Notes under the pieces: generated by a model
Database searches by the model: none
Told to the model about the DNA's origin: nothing
The model's input: only the letters and a program-made list of their open reading frames with translations
DNA from: Candidatus Poribacteria bacterium
Lineage (GTDB): Bacteria > Poribacteria > WGA-4E > WGA-3G
Direction of reading: 5' to 3'
NCBI GenBank assembly: GCA_963663765.2
Contig: CAXXUA010000005.1
Span: 1,728,001 to 1,792,000 of the forward strand
Length of the DNA stretch: 64,000 nucleotides
Made by a program: the position numbers and the translations under genes
In this document: positions 51,574-62,636 of the stretch, in pieces
Numbering within the stretch: position 1 is the first letter of the stretch
Layout: every line of letters starts with the position of its first letter

Positions 51574-52878
51574 ATGTCTAAACGTGAGGAATTTATTGCG
51601 ATAATTGACGCACTCAAAATTGCTTCGCCTACAATAACCGACGAACAACGTAAGGGTTTTTTGCGGTTAGGGGTTCAGCAACACGGTCTCACTGTTGATG
51701 AAGCGACGAATATCCTTAATGCGGTAGGATTAGCTATTGGTGAACAGATAAATTACTTTGAGGTTTTGGGGATCTCTATAGATGAAATTCAAAGTTTAGA
51801 CGAATTGGCAATCGTGAACCTTGTTGAGATTGCACACAAAACACATTATAGTGCTTCGTTGCGTGCAGGTGGTCGTCCCCGTACCGATGGCAAAACAGAG
51901 GAGCAATGGCGAACACTCCTAAATCAAGCACGTGATGTGTTAGTAGACGTAGAAAAGCGACAGGAACATATCGCACTGTTGCAAAACATTGAAATTCCTT
52001 CCATTGAATCTTTTTCAGAGATAGATAATACCTCTACTGAGCAGACACAATCTATTTCGGAGCAGCATGCCCCTTCTACGCCATTAGAAAAAGGTGACAT
52101 GGTTCTCATACCTGCAGGTGAATTTCAGATGGGGAGCAATGACAGAGATGCGTTCAAGGATGAAAAACCTATACATACTGTTTATGTAGATGCTTTTTAT
52201 ATGGATAAATATCCTGTAACAAACGCACAATTTAAGAACTTTCTTGATGAGAATCCGCAATGGCGTAAACCGTTAAAGTGGTACGAATCGGGAAAGATTG
52301 ATAAAAGAAAAATTCCCCGAAACCATCACGATGGTGAACACTTGAAACATTGGAATAAAAACGATTACCCAAGAAATGAAGCAGATCATCCGGTAACTTG
52401 GGTCAGTTGGTATGCTGCAATGGCATACTCACAGTGGATAGGAAGACGTCTTCCTACCGAAGCAGAATGGGAAAAGGCCGCACGCGGTGGTTTGACAGGT
52501 GAAAAATATCCATGGGGAAGTACTATTGATGCAAGTTATCTAAACTATGACGCATACATCGGTAAAACAACAGCTGTAGGCAATTATCCTCCGAACAATT
52601 TCGGCTTATGTGATATGATAGGCAATGTATATGAATGGTGTCTGGACGAATGGAATAAGAACTTCTATGTGCAGTCTCCACGTGAAAATCCGATTTCAGG
52701 GGATAGCATAATCCAAGTCATGAATAACTTCACTGACATAAAAACATCTCGTGTTATACGTGGCGGTTCTTGTGTGAGTATACCTCAGAACGTCAGGGTG
52801 ACATACCGTTCGCGCAATACACCAAGGTATACATGCTTCAGCATTGGGTTTCGTTGTGTGATGCCAGTTCAATCTTGA
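51574..52878 (+). CDS. J-like N-terminal module + FGE-sulfatase (SUMF1/EgtB/PvdO-like) domain, paralogue 1
   Basis: 'IPAGEFQMGS', 'YPVTNAQF', 'HPV..VSW', 'RLPTEAEWEKAARGG', 'GNVYEWC', 'RGGS...GFRCV'. Confidence 0.88.
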   Translation: MSKREEFIAIIDALKIASPTITDEQRKGFLRLGVQQHGLTVDEATNILNAVGLAIGEQINYFEVLGISIDEIQSLDELAIVNLVEIAHKTHYSASLRAGGRPRTDGKTEEQWRTLLNQARDVLVDVEKRQEHIALLQNIEIPSIESFSEIDNTSTEQTQSISEQHAPSTPLEKGDMVLIPAGEFQMGSNDRDAFKDEKPIHTVYVDAFYMDKYPVTNAQFKNFLDENPQWRKPLKWYESGKIDKRKIPRNHHDGEHLKHWNKNDYPRNEADHPVTWVSWYAAMAYSQWIGRRLPTEAEWEKAARGGLTGEKYPWGSTIDASYLNYDAYIGKTTAVGNYPPNNFGLCDMIGNVYEWCLDEWNKNFYVQSPRENPISGDSIIQVMNNFTDIKTSRVIRGGSCVSIPQNVRVTYRSRNTPRYTCFSIGFRCVMPVQS

Positions 52879-52933
52879 CGTTTTACCAATTTGAATTTAT
52901 TAAAATGAACCATTTATCAAAGAGAAATATCTG

Positions 52934-54238
52934 ATGTCAAAACGCGAAGAATATATCACTCTCATAAACGAATTTAAGACAGTTTCACCGACTATATCTG
53001 ATGAACAACGCAAGGGACTGCTCCGTAGGGCTGTGCAACAGTTTGACATAGACATTGATGAGGCAGTAGATATATTGAATACTTCCGGATTGGCTATCGG
53101 AGAGAAGATTGATTATTTTGATGTCTTGGGTCTTTCAACTGAAGAGATGCAAAGTTTAGATGAATTGGCTATTGCTAACCGCGTTGAAACTGCACATAAG
53201 ACCTTGTACAGTGCTTCATTGCGTGCAGGTGGTCGTCCGCGTGTTGACGGTAGAACAGAAGAGCAATGGCGGATATTATTGAATCAAGCTCGGGATGTGT
53301 TAGTAGACGTAGAAAAGCGACAGGAACATATCGCACTGTTGCAAAACATTGTAATTCCTTCCATTGAATCTTTTTCAGAGATAGATAATACCTCTACTGA
53401 GCAGACACAATCTATTTCGGAGCAGCATGCCCCTTCTACGCCATTAGAAAAAGATGACATGGTTCTCATACCTGCGGGTGAATTTCAGATGGGGAGTGAT
53501 GACAGATTTGATTTCAAAGAGGAAAAACCCATACATACGGTCTTTGTAGATGCTTTTTATATGGATAAATATCCAGTAACAATCGCACAATTTAAGAACT
53601 TTCTTGATGAGAATCCGCAATGGCGTAAACCGTTGAAATGGTACGAATCGGGAAAGATTACTACAGGGAATATCCTCAGAATATATCACGATGGTGAATA
53701 CTTGAAACATTGGTATAAAAACGATTACCCAAGAGGAGAAGAACAGCATCCGGTAACTTGGGTCAGTTGGTATGCTGCGATGGCATACTCACAGTGGGTA
53801 GGAAGACGTCTTCCTACCGAAGCAGAATGGGAAAAGGCAGCACGGGGTGGATTAGTGGGTGAAAAATATCCATGGGGAAGTACTATTGATGCAAGTTATT
53901 TAAACTTTGGCGCATTCATCAGTAAAACAACAGTTGTAGGCAATTATCCCCCAAACAACTATGGTTTATATGATATGATAGGCAATGTATATGAATGGTG
54001 TCTGGATGAATGGAATAAAAACTTCTATGTACAGTCCCCACGCGACAATCCGATTTCAGGGGATAGCATAATGGACACTGTGAATTACTTTACTGACATA
54101 AAAACATCTCGTGTTATACGCGGCGGTTCTTATGTGAGTACTCCTCAGAACGTCAGGGTAGCACACCGTTCACGCAATACACCAAGATATACATGTTCCA
54201 GCATCGGTTTTCGTTGTGTGATGTCAGTTAAATCTTGA
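52934..54238 (+). CDS. J-like module + FGE-sulfatase domain, paralogue 2
   Basis: Same motifs as paralogue 1. Confidence 0.88.
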   Translation: MSKREEYITLINEFKTVSPTISDEQRKGLLRRAVQQFDIDIDEAVDILNTSGLAIGEKIDYFDVLGLSTEEMQSLDELAIANRVETAHKTLYSASLRAGGRPRVDGRTEEQWRILLNQARDVLVDVEKRQEHIALLQNIVIPSIESFSEIDNTSTEQTQSISEQHAPSTPLEKDDMVLIPAGEFQMGSDDRFDFKEEKPIHTVFVDAFYMDKYPVTIAQFKNFLDENPQWRKPLKWYESGKITTGNILRIYHDGEYLKHWYKNDYPRGEEQHPVTWVSWYAAMAYSQWVGRRLPTEAEWEKAARGGLVGEKYPWGSTIDASYLNFGAFISKTTVVGNYPPNNYGLYDMIGNVYEWCLDEWNKNFYVQSPRDNPISGDSIMDTVNYFTDIKTSRVIRGGSYVSTPQNVRVAHRSRNTPRYTCSSIGFRCVMSVKS

Positions 54239-54293
54239 CGTTTTACCGACACAATTCTGTCCAAAATAATTTTTTATCAAAGAGAAATATCTG

Positions 54294-55520
54294 ATGTCAA
54301 AACGCAAAGAATATATCACTCTCATAAACGAATTTAAGACGGTTTCACCGACAATTTCTGATGAACAACGCAAGGGACTGCTCCGTAGGGCTGTGCAACA
54401 GTTTGACATAGACATTGATGAGGCAGTAGATATATTGAATACTTCCGGATTGGTTATCGGTGAGAAGATTGATTATTTTGATGTCTTGGGTCTTTCAACT
54501 GAAGAGATGCAAAGTTTAGATGAATTGGCTATTGCTAACCGCGTTGAAACTGCACATAAGACCTTGTACAGTGCTTCATTGCGTGCAGGTGGTCGTCCGC
54601 GTGTTGACGGTAGAACAGAAGAGCAATGGCGGATATTATTGAATCAAGCTCGGGATGTGTTAGTAGACCCACAAAAACGGCACACACACCTTACAACATT
54701 ACAAGATAGTGAAGAAACATTAATAGACACCTCCACAGTACCTTTACATCTTGATGACGAGATGGAACTTATTCCTGCAGGTGAATTTGAAATGGGTGGC
54801 AGTGATAACGAAGCATTTAATGATGAACAACCTGTACACACTGTCTTTGTGGATGCATTCTATATGGACAAAAATCCTGTAACAAATGCGCAATTTAAAG
54901 CATTCGTTGATGTGAACCCGCAATGGAACAAACCTCAAGGATTAAGTAAATTTCTACCTGCAAAACACCACGATGGTTACCTCCTCCACCATTGGCATAG
55001 GAACAACTATTTGGAGGGACAAGCGAACCATCCAGTCGTTCACATTAGTTGGTATGCAGCAATGGCTTATGCAGAATGGATCGATAAACGTCTACCGACA
55101 GAAGCGGAATGGGAAAAGGCAGCTCGTGGTGGATTAGTAGGTAAAAAATATCCGTGGGGAGATCTCATTGATACCACAAAAGCAAACTTCGGTAAAAACA
55201 TCGGATCCACGACACCTATTGGAGAGTATCCCTCAAACGAGTTCGATTTATATGATATGTCGGGGAATGTATGGGAATGGTGTCTTGATGAATGGGATGA
55301 ACACTTCTACGCATCATCACCAAGTGAAAACCCCGTTGCAAGTAACAGTATTAGCGGAATAATAAATCATTACAGAGATTCTAAAGCGCTACGTATACTG
55401 CGTGGCGGTTCATGGTACAATAAGGTGCAGAACATACGAACCGCAAAACGTTCTGCTGCGCTACCAACTTTTGCAAATTCTAACATCGGTTTTCGTTGTG
55501 TAAAACCTATAACGACTTAA
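54294..55520 (+). CDS. J-like module + FGE-sulfatase domain, paralogue 3
   Basis: Same motifs as paralogue 1. Confidence 0.88.
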   Translation: MSKRKEYITLINEFKTVSPTISDEQRKGLLRRAVQQFDIDIDEAVDILNTSGLVIGEKIDYFDVLGLSTEEMQSLDELAIANRVETAHKTLYSASLRAGGRPRVDGRTEEQWRILLNQARDVLVDPQKRHTHLTTLQDSEETLIDTSTVPLHLDDEMELIPAGEFEMGGSDNEAFNDEQPVHTVFVDAFYMDKNPVTNAQFKAFVDVNPQWNKPQGLSKFLPAKHHDGYLLHHWHRNNYLEGQANHPVVHISWYAAMAYAEWIDKRLPTEAEWEKAARGGLVGKKYPWGDLIDTTKANFGKNIGSTTPIGEYPSNEFDLYDMSGNVWEWCLDEWDEHFYASSPSENPVASNSISGIINHYRDSKALRILRGGSWYNKVQNIRTAKRSAALPTFANSNIGFRCVKPITT

Positions 55521-55728
55521 TTCTCCGTTTGAGTTGCTATAATATACCAATTCAAATAAATCTTGTCTCATTAAGGAATTCTACTGTTTACTGGCAGGGG
55601 GTTACTCTCTTCGGTAGGAGCGACCTCCCAGTCGCGACCGTGATGTCGCTCCTACCAGATTTCCGCTGATAATGAGACATTATCACATGAAAATGGTAAT
55701 AGAATCAATCTGTGGAAGAGGACTGAAC

Positions 55729-57102
55729 ATGCACGAACGCGATGCGTTTATTACCTTCATCAATCAACTCAAAGCAGTCTCACCGACTATAACTGATGAA
55801 CAACGCAAGGGGTTTTTACGGTTAGGGGTACAGCAGCATGGACTCACTGTTGAAGAAGCAATGAATATCCTCAATGCGGCTGGACTGACTATCGGTGAAC
55901 GGATTGATTACTTTGAGGTCTTGGGGATCTCTATAGATGAAATTCAAAGAATAGACGAATTGGCAATCGTGAACCGTGTAGAGATTGCTCACAAACAACT
56001 TTATGCTGCTTCGTTGCGTGCAGGAGGACGTCCGCGTTCAGATGGCAGGTCAGAAGATCAGTGGCGGACACTCCTAAATCAAGCACGTGATACTTTAATA
56101 GAACCACAAAAAAGAAACGCATACTTGGATACATTGCTGTCTGAAAGCGACAGATTTGAAAGTGCTATGGATGATTCTCCGCAAGTTATTACGGAAACTC
56201 AATCTACCGAAGCAGACACTGATGAACCGGCAATTCCAGAAGTGGACACACTACCAGGAAAGCAAAATGATCAAACGGTTATTCCTGATTCAATCCAGTT
56301 AATTACCGATGTACCCGACGATATGTCACTCATTCCAGCAGGAGAATTTCGTATGGGGAGTAATGACGAAGAAGCAAACGATGACGAACAACCAGTACAT
56401 ACCGTTTTTCTTGATGCATTTCTTATAGATAAATATCCAGTGACAAACGAGCAATTTAAAGGATTTGTTGATAAGAATCCACAATGGCGCAAACCAGTGA
56501 AATGGTACGAACTTGGAAAGACTGGTGCTGCGTATATCTCCAAAGAATTCCACGATGGGTATTACCTTCACCATTGGAATACGCACAATTATTTGAAGGA
56601 ACATACGAATCATCCAGTCGTTCATATTAGTTGGTACGCAGCGTTAGCGTATGCACAGTGGGTAGGCAAACGCTTGCCTACGGAAGCAGAATGGGAAAAG
56701 GCAGCTCGTGGTGGATTAGTAGGTAAAAAATATCCGTGGGGTGACATTATAGACTCAACAAAAGCGAACTTTGGCAGTAATGTCGGATCAACGATAGATG
56801 TAGGAAACTATTTACCCAACGGATACGATGTGTTTGACATTACTGGTAATGTCAGTGAATGGTGCCTTGATGAGTTCGATAGAGAATTCTATAGATTTTC
56901 CAATAAACATAATCCCGTTTCAGGTGGTAATATCGTGAATATGGTAAAAGACTTTACGAAATCTAAAGCATCACGCGTGATAAGGGGTGGTTCGTGGTAC
57001 TCAGCAGAACATAAGGCACGTGTTTCAAACCGTGACGGATTATCGCCTCGGATAACAAACAGGATCGTCGGTTTTCGTTGTGTAAAACCTATAACAACTT
57101 GA
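55729..57102 (+). CDS. J-like module + FGE-sulfatase domain, paralogue 4
   Basis: Same motifs; start moved to ATG 55729 (GAGGA RBS, aligns with paralogues). Confidence 0.88.
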   Translation: MHERDAFITFINQLKAVSPTITDEQRKGFLRLGVQQHGLTVEEAMNILNAAGLTIGERIDYFEVLGISIDEIQRIDELAIVNRVEIAHKQLYAASLRAGGRPRSDGRSEDQWRTLLNQARDTLIEPQKRNAYLDTLLSESDRFESAMDDSPQVITETQSTEADTDEPAIPEVDTLPGKQNDQTVIPDSIQLITDVPDDMSLIPAGEFRMGSNDEEANDDEQPVHTVFLDAFLIDKYPVTNEQFKGFVDKNPQWRKPVKWYELGKTGAAYISKEFHDGYYLHHWNTHNYLKEHTNHPVVHISWYAALAYAQWVGKRLPTEAEWEKAARGGLVGKKYPWGDIIDSTKANFGSNVGSTIDVGNYLPNGYDVFDITGNVSEWCLDEFDREFYRFSNKHNPVSGGNIVNMVKDFTKSKASRVIRGGSWYSAEHKARVSNRDGLSPRITNRIVGFRCVKPITT

Positions 57103-57287
57103 TTTACCGTTTGAGATGCTTTATAGTAGATTTTAGAATTATTTTTACACTTCTTCTGTAGGCGGGAACTCCGATTCCCGACTATCAAGACGTTCAGTCG
57201 CGATTCGGAGATCCCTCCTACAGAACAAGTGTAAACTTAATTGTATATTTCACTATAATAGAATCAATCTGTGGAAGAGGACTGAAC

Positions 57288-58577
57288 ATGCAAGAACGCG
57301 AAGCTTATATTACCTTTATCAATGAGTTCAAAACAGTTTCACCGACCATAACCAATCAGCAACGTATAGGACTTCTGCAACGTGCAGTACAGCAACATGG
57401 ACTTTCGGTTGATGAGGCATCTGAAATTCTGAATGCCGCGGGAATGATTGTTGGTGAAATGGATAACTTTTTTGAGGTATTAGGCATTTCAATTGAACAG
57501 ATTCATGAACTTGAAGACCAAACAATCGTGAACATTGTTAAAGCAGCACACGACAAGCACTATAGAACATCGTTGGCTGCAGGTGCAAGAATACGTCCCG
57601 ACGGCAAAACAGAAGAACAGTGGAGGATGTTACTAAATCACGCACGTGATACATTGATAGACACAAATAAGAGAGCAGAGCATATTGCAATGCTCAGGAA
57701 GGATAATCAAGACTTAGAAGCAGTTACTTTGCCCCTCTCCGATTTAACTGATTTCGACACAACACGTCAAGGATTAAGCTATTACACAATACCAGATGAT
57801 GTTGAAATACCTGATGGCATGGTGTACATCCCAGAAGGTGAATTTCAAATGGGCAGCGATGACGAAGAAGCAAACGATGACGAACAGCCAGTACATACCG
57901 TCTATCTTGATGCATTTCTAATGGATAGATATCCGGTAACAAATGCAGAATTTAAAGCATTTCTTAATGCAAACATTCAGACGTTGAGACCTGAATGGTT
58001 AAAAGAAAGTAATAAAAAAACCTATTTTGTAAAAGAACTTTTAAGGTATTGGCATAACGGTATGTTTCCATACGGTAAAGACGATCATCCTATCATTGGT
58101 GTAAGTTGGTATGCAGCAATGATATACGCGGAATGGTCAGGAAAACGCTTGCCAACAGAAGCAGAATGGGAAAAGGCCGCACGCGGTGGCTTAGTAGGTA
58201 AAAAGTATCCATGGGGGGATTCTACCGATTCAGACACCTTCGAATCTACCTATGAAGTAGAGAGTACTGTTCCGGTCGGTCTGTCAAATGTAAATGGTTA
58301 TGGACTTTACGATATAAGTGGAAATGTCTGGGAGTGGTGTCTTGATGCATACAGTGCTATGTTCTATGCAATTTATCCACAACAAAACCCAATTTCAGAT
58401 ATTAACAGCGTGGAATGGGTCGCAAGTAATTATCACCGAGTGAATTCTCCACGTGTACTCCGCGGAGGTCCGTGGGGGACTGAATCCAAAGGTGTACGAG
58501 TATCTCATCGTTTCAGTAGCAATCCCATTGACACATTGCCCACCTTTGGTTTTCGCTGTGTAAAGGGAATACCCTAA
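57288..58577 (+). CDS. J-like module + FGE-sulfatase domain, paralogue 5
   Basis: Same motifs as paralogue 1. Confidence 0.88.
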   Translation: MQEREAYITFINEFKTVSPTITNQQRIGLLQRAVQQHGLSVDEASEILNAAGMIVGEMDNFFEVLGISIEQIHELEDQTIVNIVKAAHDKHYRTSLAAGARIRPDGKTEEQWRMLLNHARDTLIDTNKRAEHIAMLRKDNQDLEAVTLPLSDLTDFDTTRQGLSYYTIPDDVEIPDGMVYIPEGEFQMGSDDEEANDDEQPVHTVYLDAFLMDRYPVTNAEFKAFLNANIQTLRPEWLKESNKKTYFVKELLRYWHNGMFPYGKDDHPIIGVSWYAAMIYAEWSGKRLPTEAEWEKAARGGLVGKKYPWGDSTDSDTFESTYEVESTVPVGLSNVNGYGLYDISGNVWEWCLDAYSAMFYAIYPQQNPISDINSVEWVASNYHRVNSPRVLRGGPWGTESKGVRVSHRFSSNPIDTLPTFGFRCVKGIP

Positions 58578-58639
58578 TAAACAACCAAATTTAACTATTG
58601 ATTTCTACGATAATAATGTTCTCACAAGGTGAACAACTA

Positions 58640-59995
58640 ATGTCTAAACGTGAAGAATTCATTCAAGTTATTAACACCTTCAAGACTGTATCACCAAGTA
58701 TTACAGATATTCAACGCCGCGGACTGTTGAAACAAGCGGTACAAAATTATGACCTATCGGTTGAAGAAGCATCTGAAATTCTGAAGTCTCTGGGGTTGAT
58801 GGTCGGTGATGAACTAAACTACTTTGAAGTGTTAGAACTTTCTATAGAAGACTTACAAGACCAGAGTGAGGACGCAATTATAATCAGCGTTAATGAGGCA
58901 CATACGAAATCCTATAGCGCCTCGTTACGTGCAGGTGGACGTCCGCGTTCAGATGGCAGGTCAGAAGATCAGTGGCGGACACTCCTAAATCAAGCACGTG
59001 ATACTTTAATAGACCCACAAAAAAGAAACGCATACTTGGATACATTTCTGCCTGAAAGCGACAGATTTGAGACAACTACGGATGATTCTCCGCAAGTTAA
59101 TACGGAAACTCAATCTACTGAAGCAGACACTGATGAACCGGCAATTCCAGAAGAGGACACACTACCAACAAAGCAAAATGATCAAACGGTTATTCCTGAT
59201 TCAATCCAGTTAATTGTGGATGTACCCGATAATATGACACTTATTCCAGCAGGAGAATTTCGGATGGGGAGTAATGAGGAGAAGGCAAATGAGCGTGAAA
59301 AACCTGTACATACAGTCTATATTGATACGTTCTGCATAGATCAATACTTGGTAACCAATGCACAGTATAAAGAATTCATTGATGCAAACCCGCAGTGGCG
59401 TAAACCGCAATGGTTCAAAAAACATATCTCTATAGCACACCACAATGGTTCGTACTTGAGGCATTGGTCAGGTGATGACTTTCCGGATGGAAAAGATGAT
59501 CACCCAGTCACTCGGATCAGTTGGTATGCTGCGATGGCATACTCACAATGGGTCGGCAAACGTCTTCCAACCGAAGCAGAATGGGAAAAAGCAGCGCGCG
59601 GTGGGTTAGAGGGAAAGAAATATCCATGGGGGGATTCAATCGGCCGTGGTAAAGCAAACTACTTCTATCATACACGCGGCACGACACCCGTTGGTCGTTA
59701 TCCAGCAAACAGATACGATTTATTTGATCTGTGTGGTAATGTATGGGAGTGGTGTCTTGATGCATACAATGCTGAGTTCTATGCAAATTCACCCCACCGG
59801 AATCCGTATTTTAATGAGCAAAATATTGAATGGGTAATCGTTAACTACAAAGACATAAAAACTGCTCGCGTTTTGCGTGGAGGTTCTTGGAGTGTTGATG
59901 CACAAGGTGCTCGGGTCGCATACCGATTCAGAAGTGGACCCGCAGACACTCTACCGATTTTCGGTTTTCGTTGTGTAAAGGAAGTAACTATGTAA
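58640..59995 (+). CDS. J-like module + FGE-sulfatase domain, paralogue 6
   Basis: Same motifs; start moved to ATG 58640. Confidence 0.88.
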   Translation: MSKREEFIQVINTFKTVSPSITDIQRRGLLKQAVQNYDLSVEEASEILKSLGLMVGDELNYFEVLELSIEDLQDQSEDAIIISVNEAHTKSYSASLRAGGRPRSDGRSEDQWRTLLNQARDTLIDPQKRNAYLDTFLPESDRFETTTDDSPQVNTETQSTEADTDEPAIPEEDTLPTKQNDQTVIPDSIQLIVDVPDNMTLIPAGEFRMGSNEEKANEREKPVHTVYIDTFCIDQYLVTNAQYKEFIDANPQWRKPQWFKKHISIAHHNGSYLRHWSGDDFPDGKDDHPVTRISWYAAMAYSQWVGKRLPTEAEWEKAARGGLEGKKYPWGDSIGRGKANYFYHTRGTTPVGRYPANRYDLFDLCGNVWEWCLDAYNAEFYANSPHRNPYFNEQNIEWVIVNYKDIKTARVLRGGSWSVDAQGARVAYRFRSGPADTLPIFGFRCVKEVTM

Positions 59996-60666
59996 TTGAC
60001 AATCCTCTTTTCATCGTCTAATTATACATGGTATTATATTTATTCATTATCACCTTGTATAGTAGTACTTCACCAATTTAAAATTGCTATTTGTCAAATC
60101 CTATGCTAAAATTCGGTTGATTAATGTAATATTAGAAACTGTTTTCAATTCCTTGTGTTTTCTTGTGTTATAGTAGATTTTAGAATTATTATTACACTTT
60201 CAGGTGTAGGAGGGAACTCCGATTCCCGACTATCAAGACGTTCAATCGCGATTCGGAGATCGCTCCTATAGAACAAGTGTAAACTTAATTGTATATTTCA
60301 CTATATAGTAGATTTTAGAATTATTATTACACTTTCAGGTGTAGGAGGGAACTCCGATTCCCGACTATCAAGACGTTCAATCGCGATTCGGAGATCGCTC
60401 CTACAGAACAAGTGTAAACTTAATTGTATATTTCACTATAAAGTAAAAAGAATTCTCCCAATGGATCATATACTTATACCATTTTCATGTGATAATGTCT
60501 CATTAGCAGCGGAAATCTGGTAGGAGCGATCTCACGGTCGCGACCGGGAGGTCGCTCCTACCGAAGAGAGTAACCCCCTGCCAGTAAACAGTAGAATTCC
60601 TTAATGAGACAAGATTTATTAGAATTGGTATTATGAGTCAATTTCTAACAACATAGAGGAAATATA

Positions 60667-61008
60667 ATGTATCATATAAAGGAAATGCCAACCTACATAG
60701 CGGAACGTGTAAAAATCACACTTGGTCCTGAGGAACTCATAAAAATTGACAATGATGATCTGCTCCGATCTGTTGTCGTGGATGCCGCCGGGCGGGAGTC
60801 AGCTGTTCTTTTGCAGCAGATTCAGGATAAGCATGTAGATTACTCTGATTTGCTTGATAAACAAAGTAATCAAGATGATATGAGTTTTATATTTAAGGCA
60901 ATTCTAAATAAAGCTTTAGCAGATTCCACCATCACTGAATCCGTCACTATCTTGAAAAAAGAACAGAAGTTTTTGCGAGAACAAGCAGAGGTAAGGCAAT
61001 CTGCTTGA
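60667..61008 (+). CDS. Hypothetical protein (113 aa)
   Basis: GAGGA RBS, ATG, plausible composition; no recognised motif. Confidence 0.55.
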   Translation: MYHIKEMPTYIAERVKITLGPEELIKIDNDDLLRSVVVDAAGRESAVLLQQIQDKHVDYSDLLDKQSNQDDMSFIFKAILNKALADSTITESVTILKKEQKFLREQAEVRQSA

Positions 61009-61244
61009 AATTTCAAAACCACGTATATTAGAACCTCCGGTTGGTCTGATGGAACACTAAAAATATAATCAATGTAACAAACTAAGCCTGTCTATCTAAC
61101 AACATTTCATGGATGATCTAAATACTACTATAGTTAGGACATATTCCGTTTGTTACAAGTTAGTTTTCAAACGACTTGTGCCAGTTAACTAAATGTTTAT
61201 ACTAAATTCACATATATTGGGTATGGTATTTAACATTTCGTCCC

Positions 61245-61384
61245 ATAGGCGTCAATTTAAGGGTTTTGACCTCTTGTAGGAGGGGTTTTCAACCCCGATT
61301 TGAGAGAAAATGAACATAAAATCGGGGTTGAAAACCCCTCCACAAGAGAAAATGCCAACACTTTTTTCTTAAATTGACGCCTAT
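61245..61384. mobile_element. Family-C MITE
   Basis: ATAGGCGTCAATTTAAG...CTTAAATTGACGCCTAT ends; imperfect ~21-bp flanking duplication ending AACATTTCGTCCC. Confidence 0.7.
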
Positions 61385-61835
61385 GGGTATATAAACATTT
61401 CGTCCCTACAGGATAAAGATCATCCAAAGCAAAAGACGGGACGGTTAAATCCTCTTGTCTATGACTGGGTTTTTCCGAAGTAAAAATTACCAATTTTACC
61501 AATTAGTAACTTATAGTAGATTTTAGAATTATTTTTACACTTCTTCTGTAGGAGGGAACTCCGATTCCCGACTGTCAAGGCGTTCAGTCGCGATTCGGAG
61601 ATCGAAATCAACGGTATGAATGCCTATTGGCATTCCCCGCCTACAGAACAAGTGTAAACTTAATTGTATATTTTACTATAAACTATGAAGTTAATCTTCA
61701 ATACCTTCGCCAATAATAGACATTCTTCCAGATTGTGCGGGCAGTTGTAGCACATTCTGCCAGATTGTGCCTATAAATTATTCTGTCAGATTGCTGATAT
61801 AGTCATTTCTATTGTCAAATTAGAGGATGTGATAA

Positions 61836-62299
61836 CAGGGTTATTCAGTTTTCAAAATTATTGATAATATTTTGCTATGTCGTTAATTTTATGTGTTGCC
61901 ATCTTGTCCATGTCTTTAGTCCCGTAGGGACGATATGTTTATAGAAACATGTTATCTAACCCTCTTGAGTTCCGTAGGAACGACATAGAAAAATAAACAT
62001 ATCGTCCCTACCAAATCAACGCCAAATGCGCGTATGGCATTTGTCGGGACTAAAGAACTGGGGAGGGTATTCGTTTTCTATAAACATATCGTCCCTACCA
62101 AATCAACGCCAAATGCGCCAAATCAACGGTATGAATGCCATTAAGGCATTCCCCGTATGGCATTTGTCGGGACTAAAGAGCGATATTCATTTTTCAATAA
62201 TCTAAAACTGATGCAGAAAGTTCGGTTAGGAAACCAAACCTGGGTATTAACTTTCAGTAAATCTCAATAACAGAAAACTCTTAAAACTAAATAACCCTG
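61836..62299. mobile_element. ISAs1-type MITE containing GTAGGGAC repeats with 34/36-bp micro-insertions
   Basis: CAGGGTTATTCAGTTTT / AAAACTAAATAACCCTG; inverse homologue of 18614-19517. Confidence 0.75.
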
Positions 62300-62636
62300 C
62301 TATGATAAAAAAATACTTCAACGAAAACCTGAAGTTATTTTTATTTATATAATCCTAACAATATCACAGAGCAATGGTAGATCAACACTATATACTCATT
62401 CAACTGAAGCACTCAAAAATGGCGAAGGTATTGTAATCTTGAATTGTTGATTCAAGAAGTAGTCGTTGCACATTTAGTTCCTGACTGGTTTCTACAACTT
62501 GTGGAGTTAGTTGCCAAACGTTACGGTTTAAAGGTCCCTATTAACAGGTCTCATCTTGCGGAATTACCTACTTGGTAATACGAACACATAAAAGATCAGA
62601 TTCTTATATTAGCATTTAACAGAGAGAAATTAACAG

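Noticed and set aside
51574-59995. Formylglycine-generating enzymes maturing the neighbouring sulfatase
   Set aside because: The catalytic Cys pair following RGGS is absent (RGGSW/Y, RGGPW, or a single Cys)
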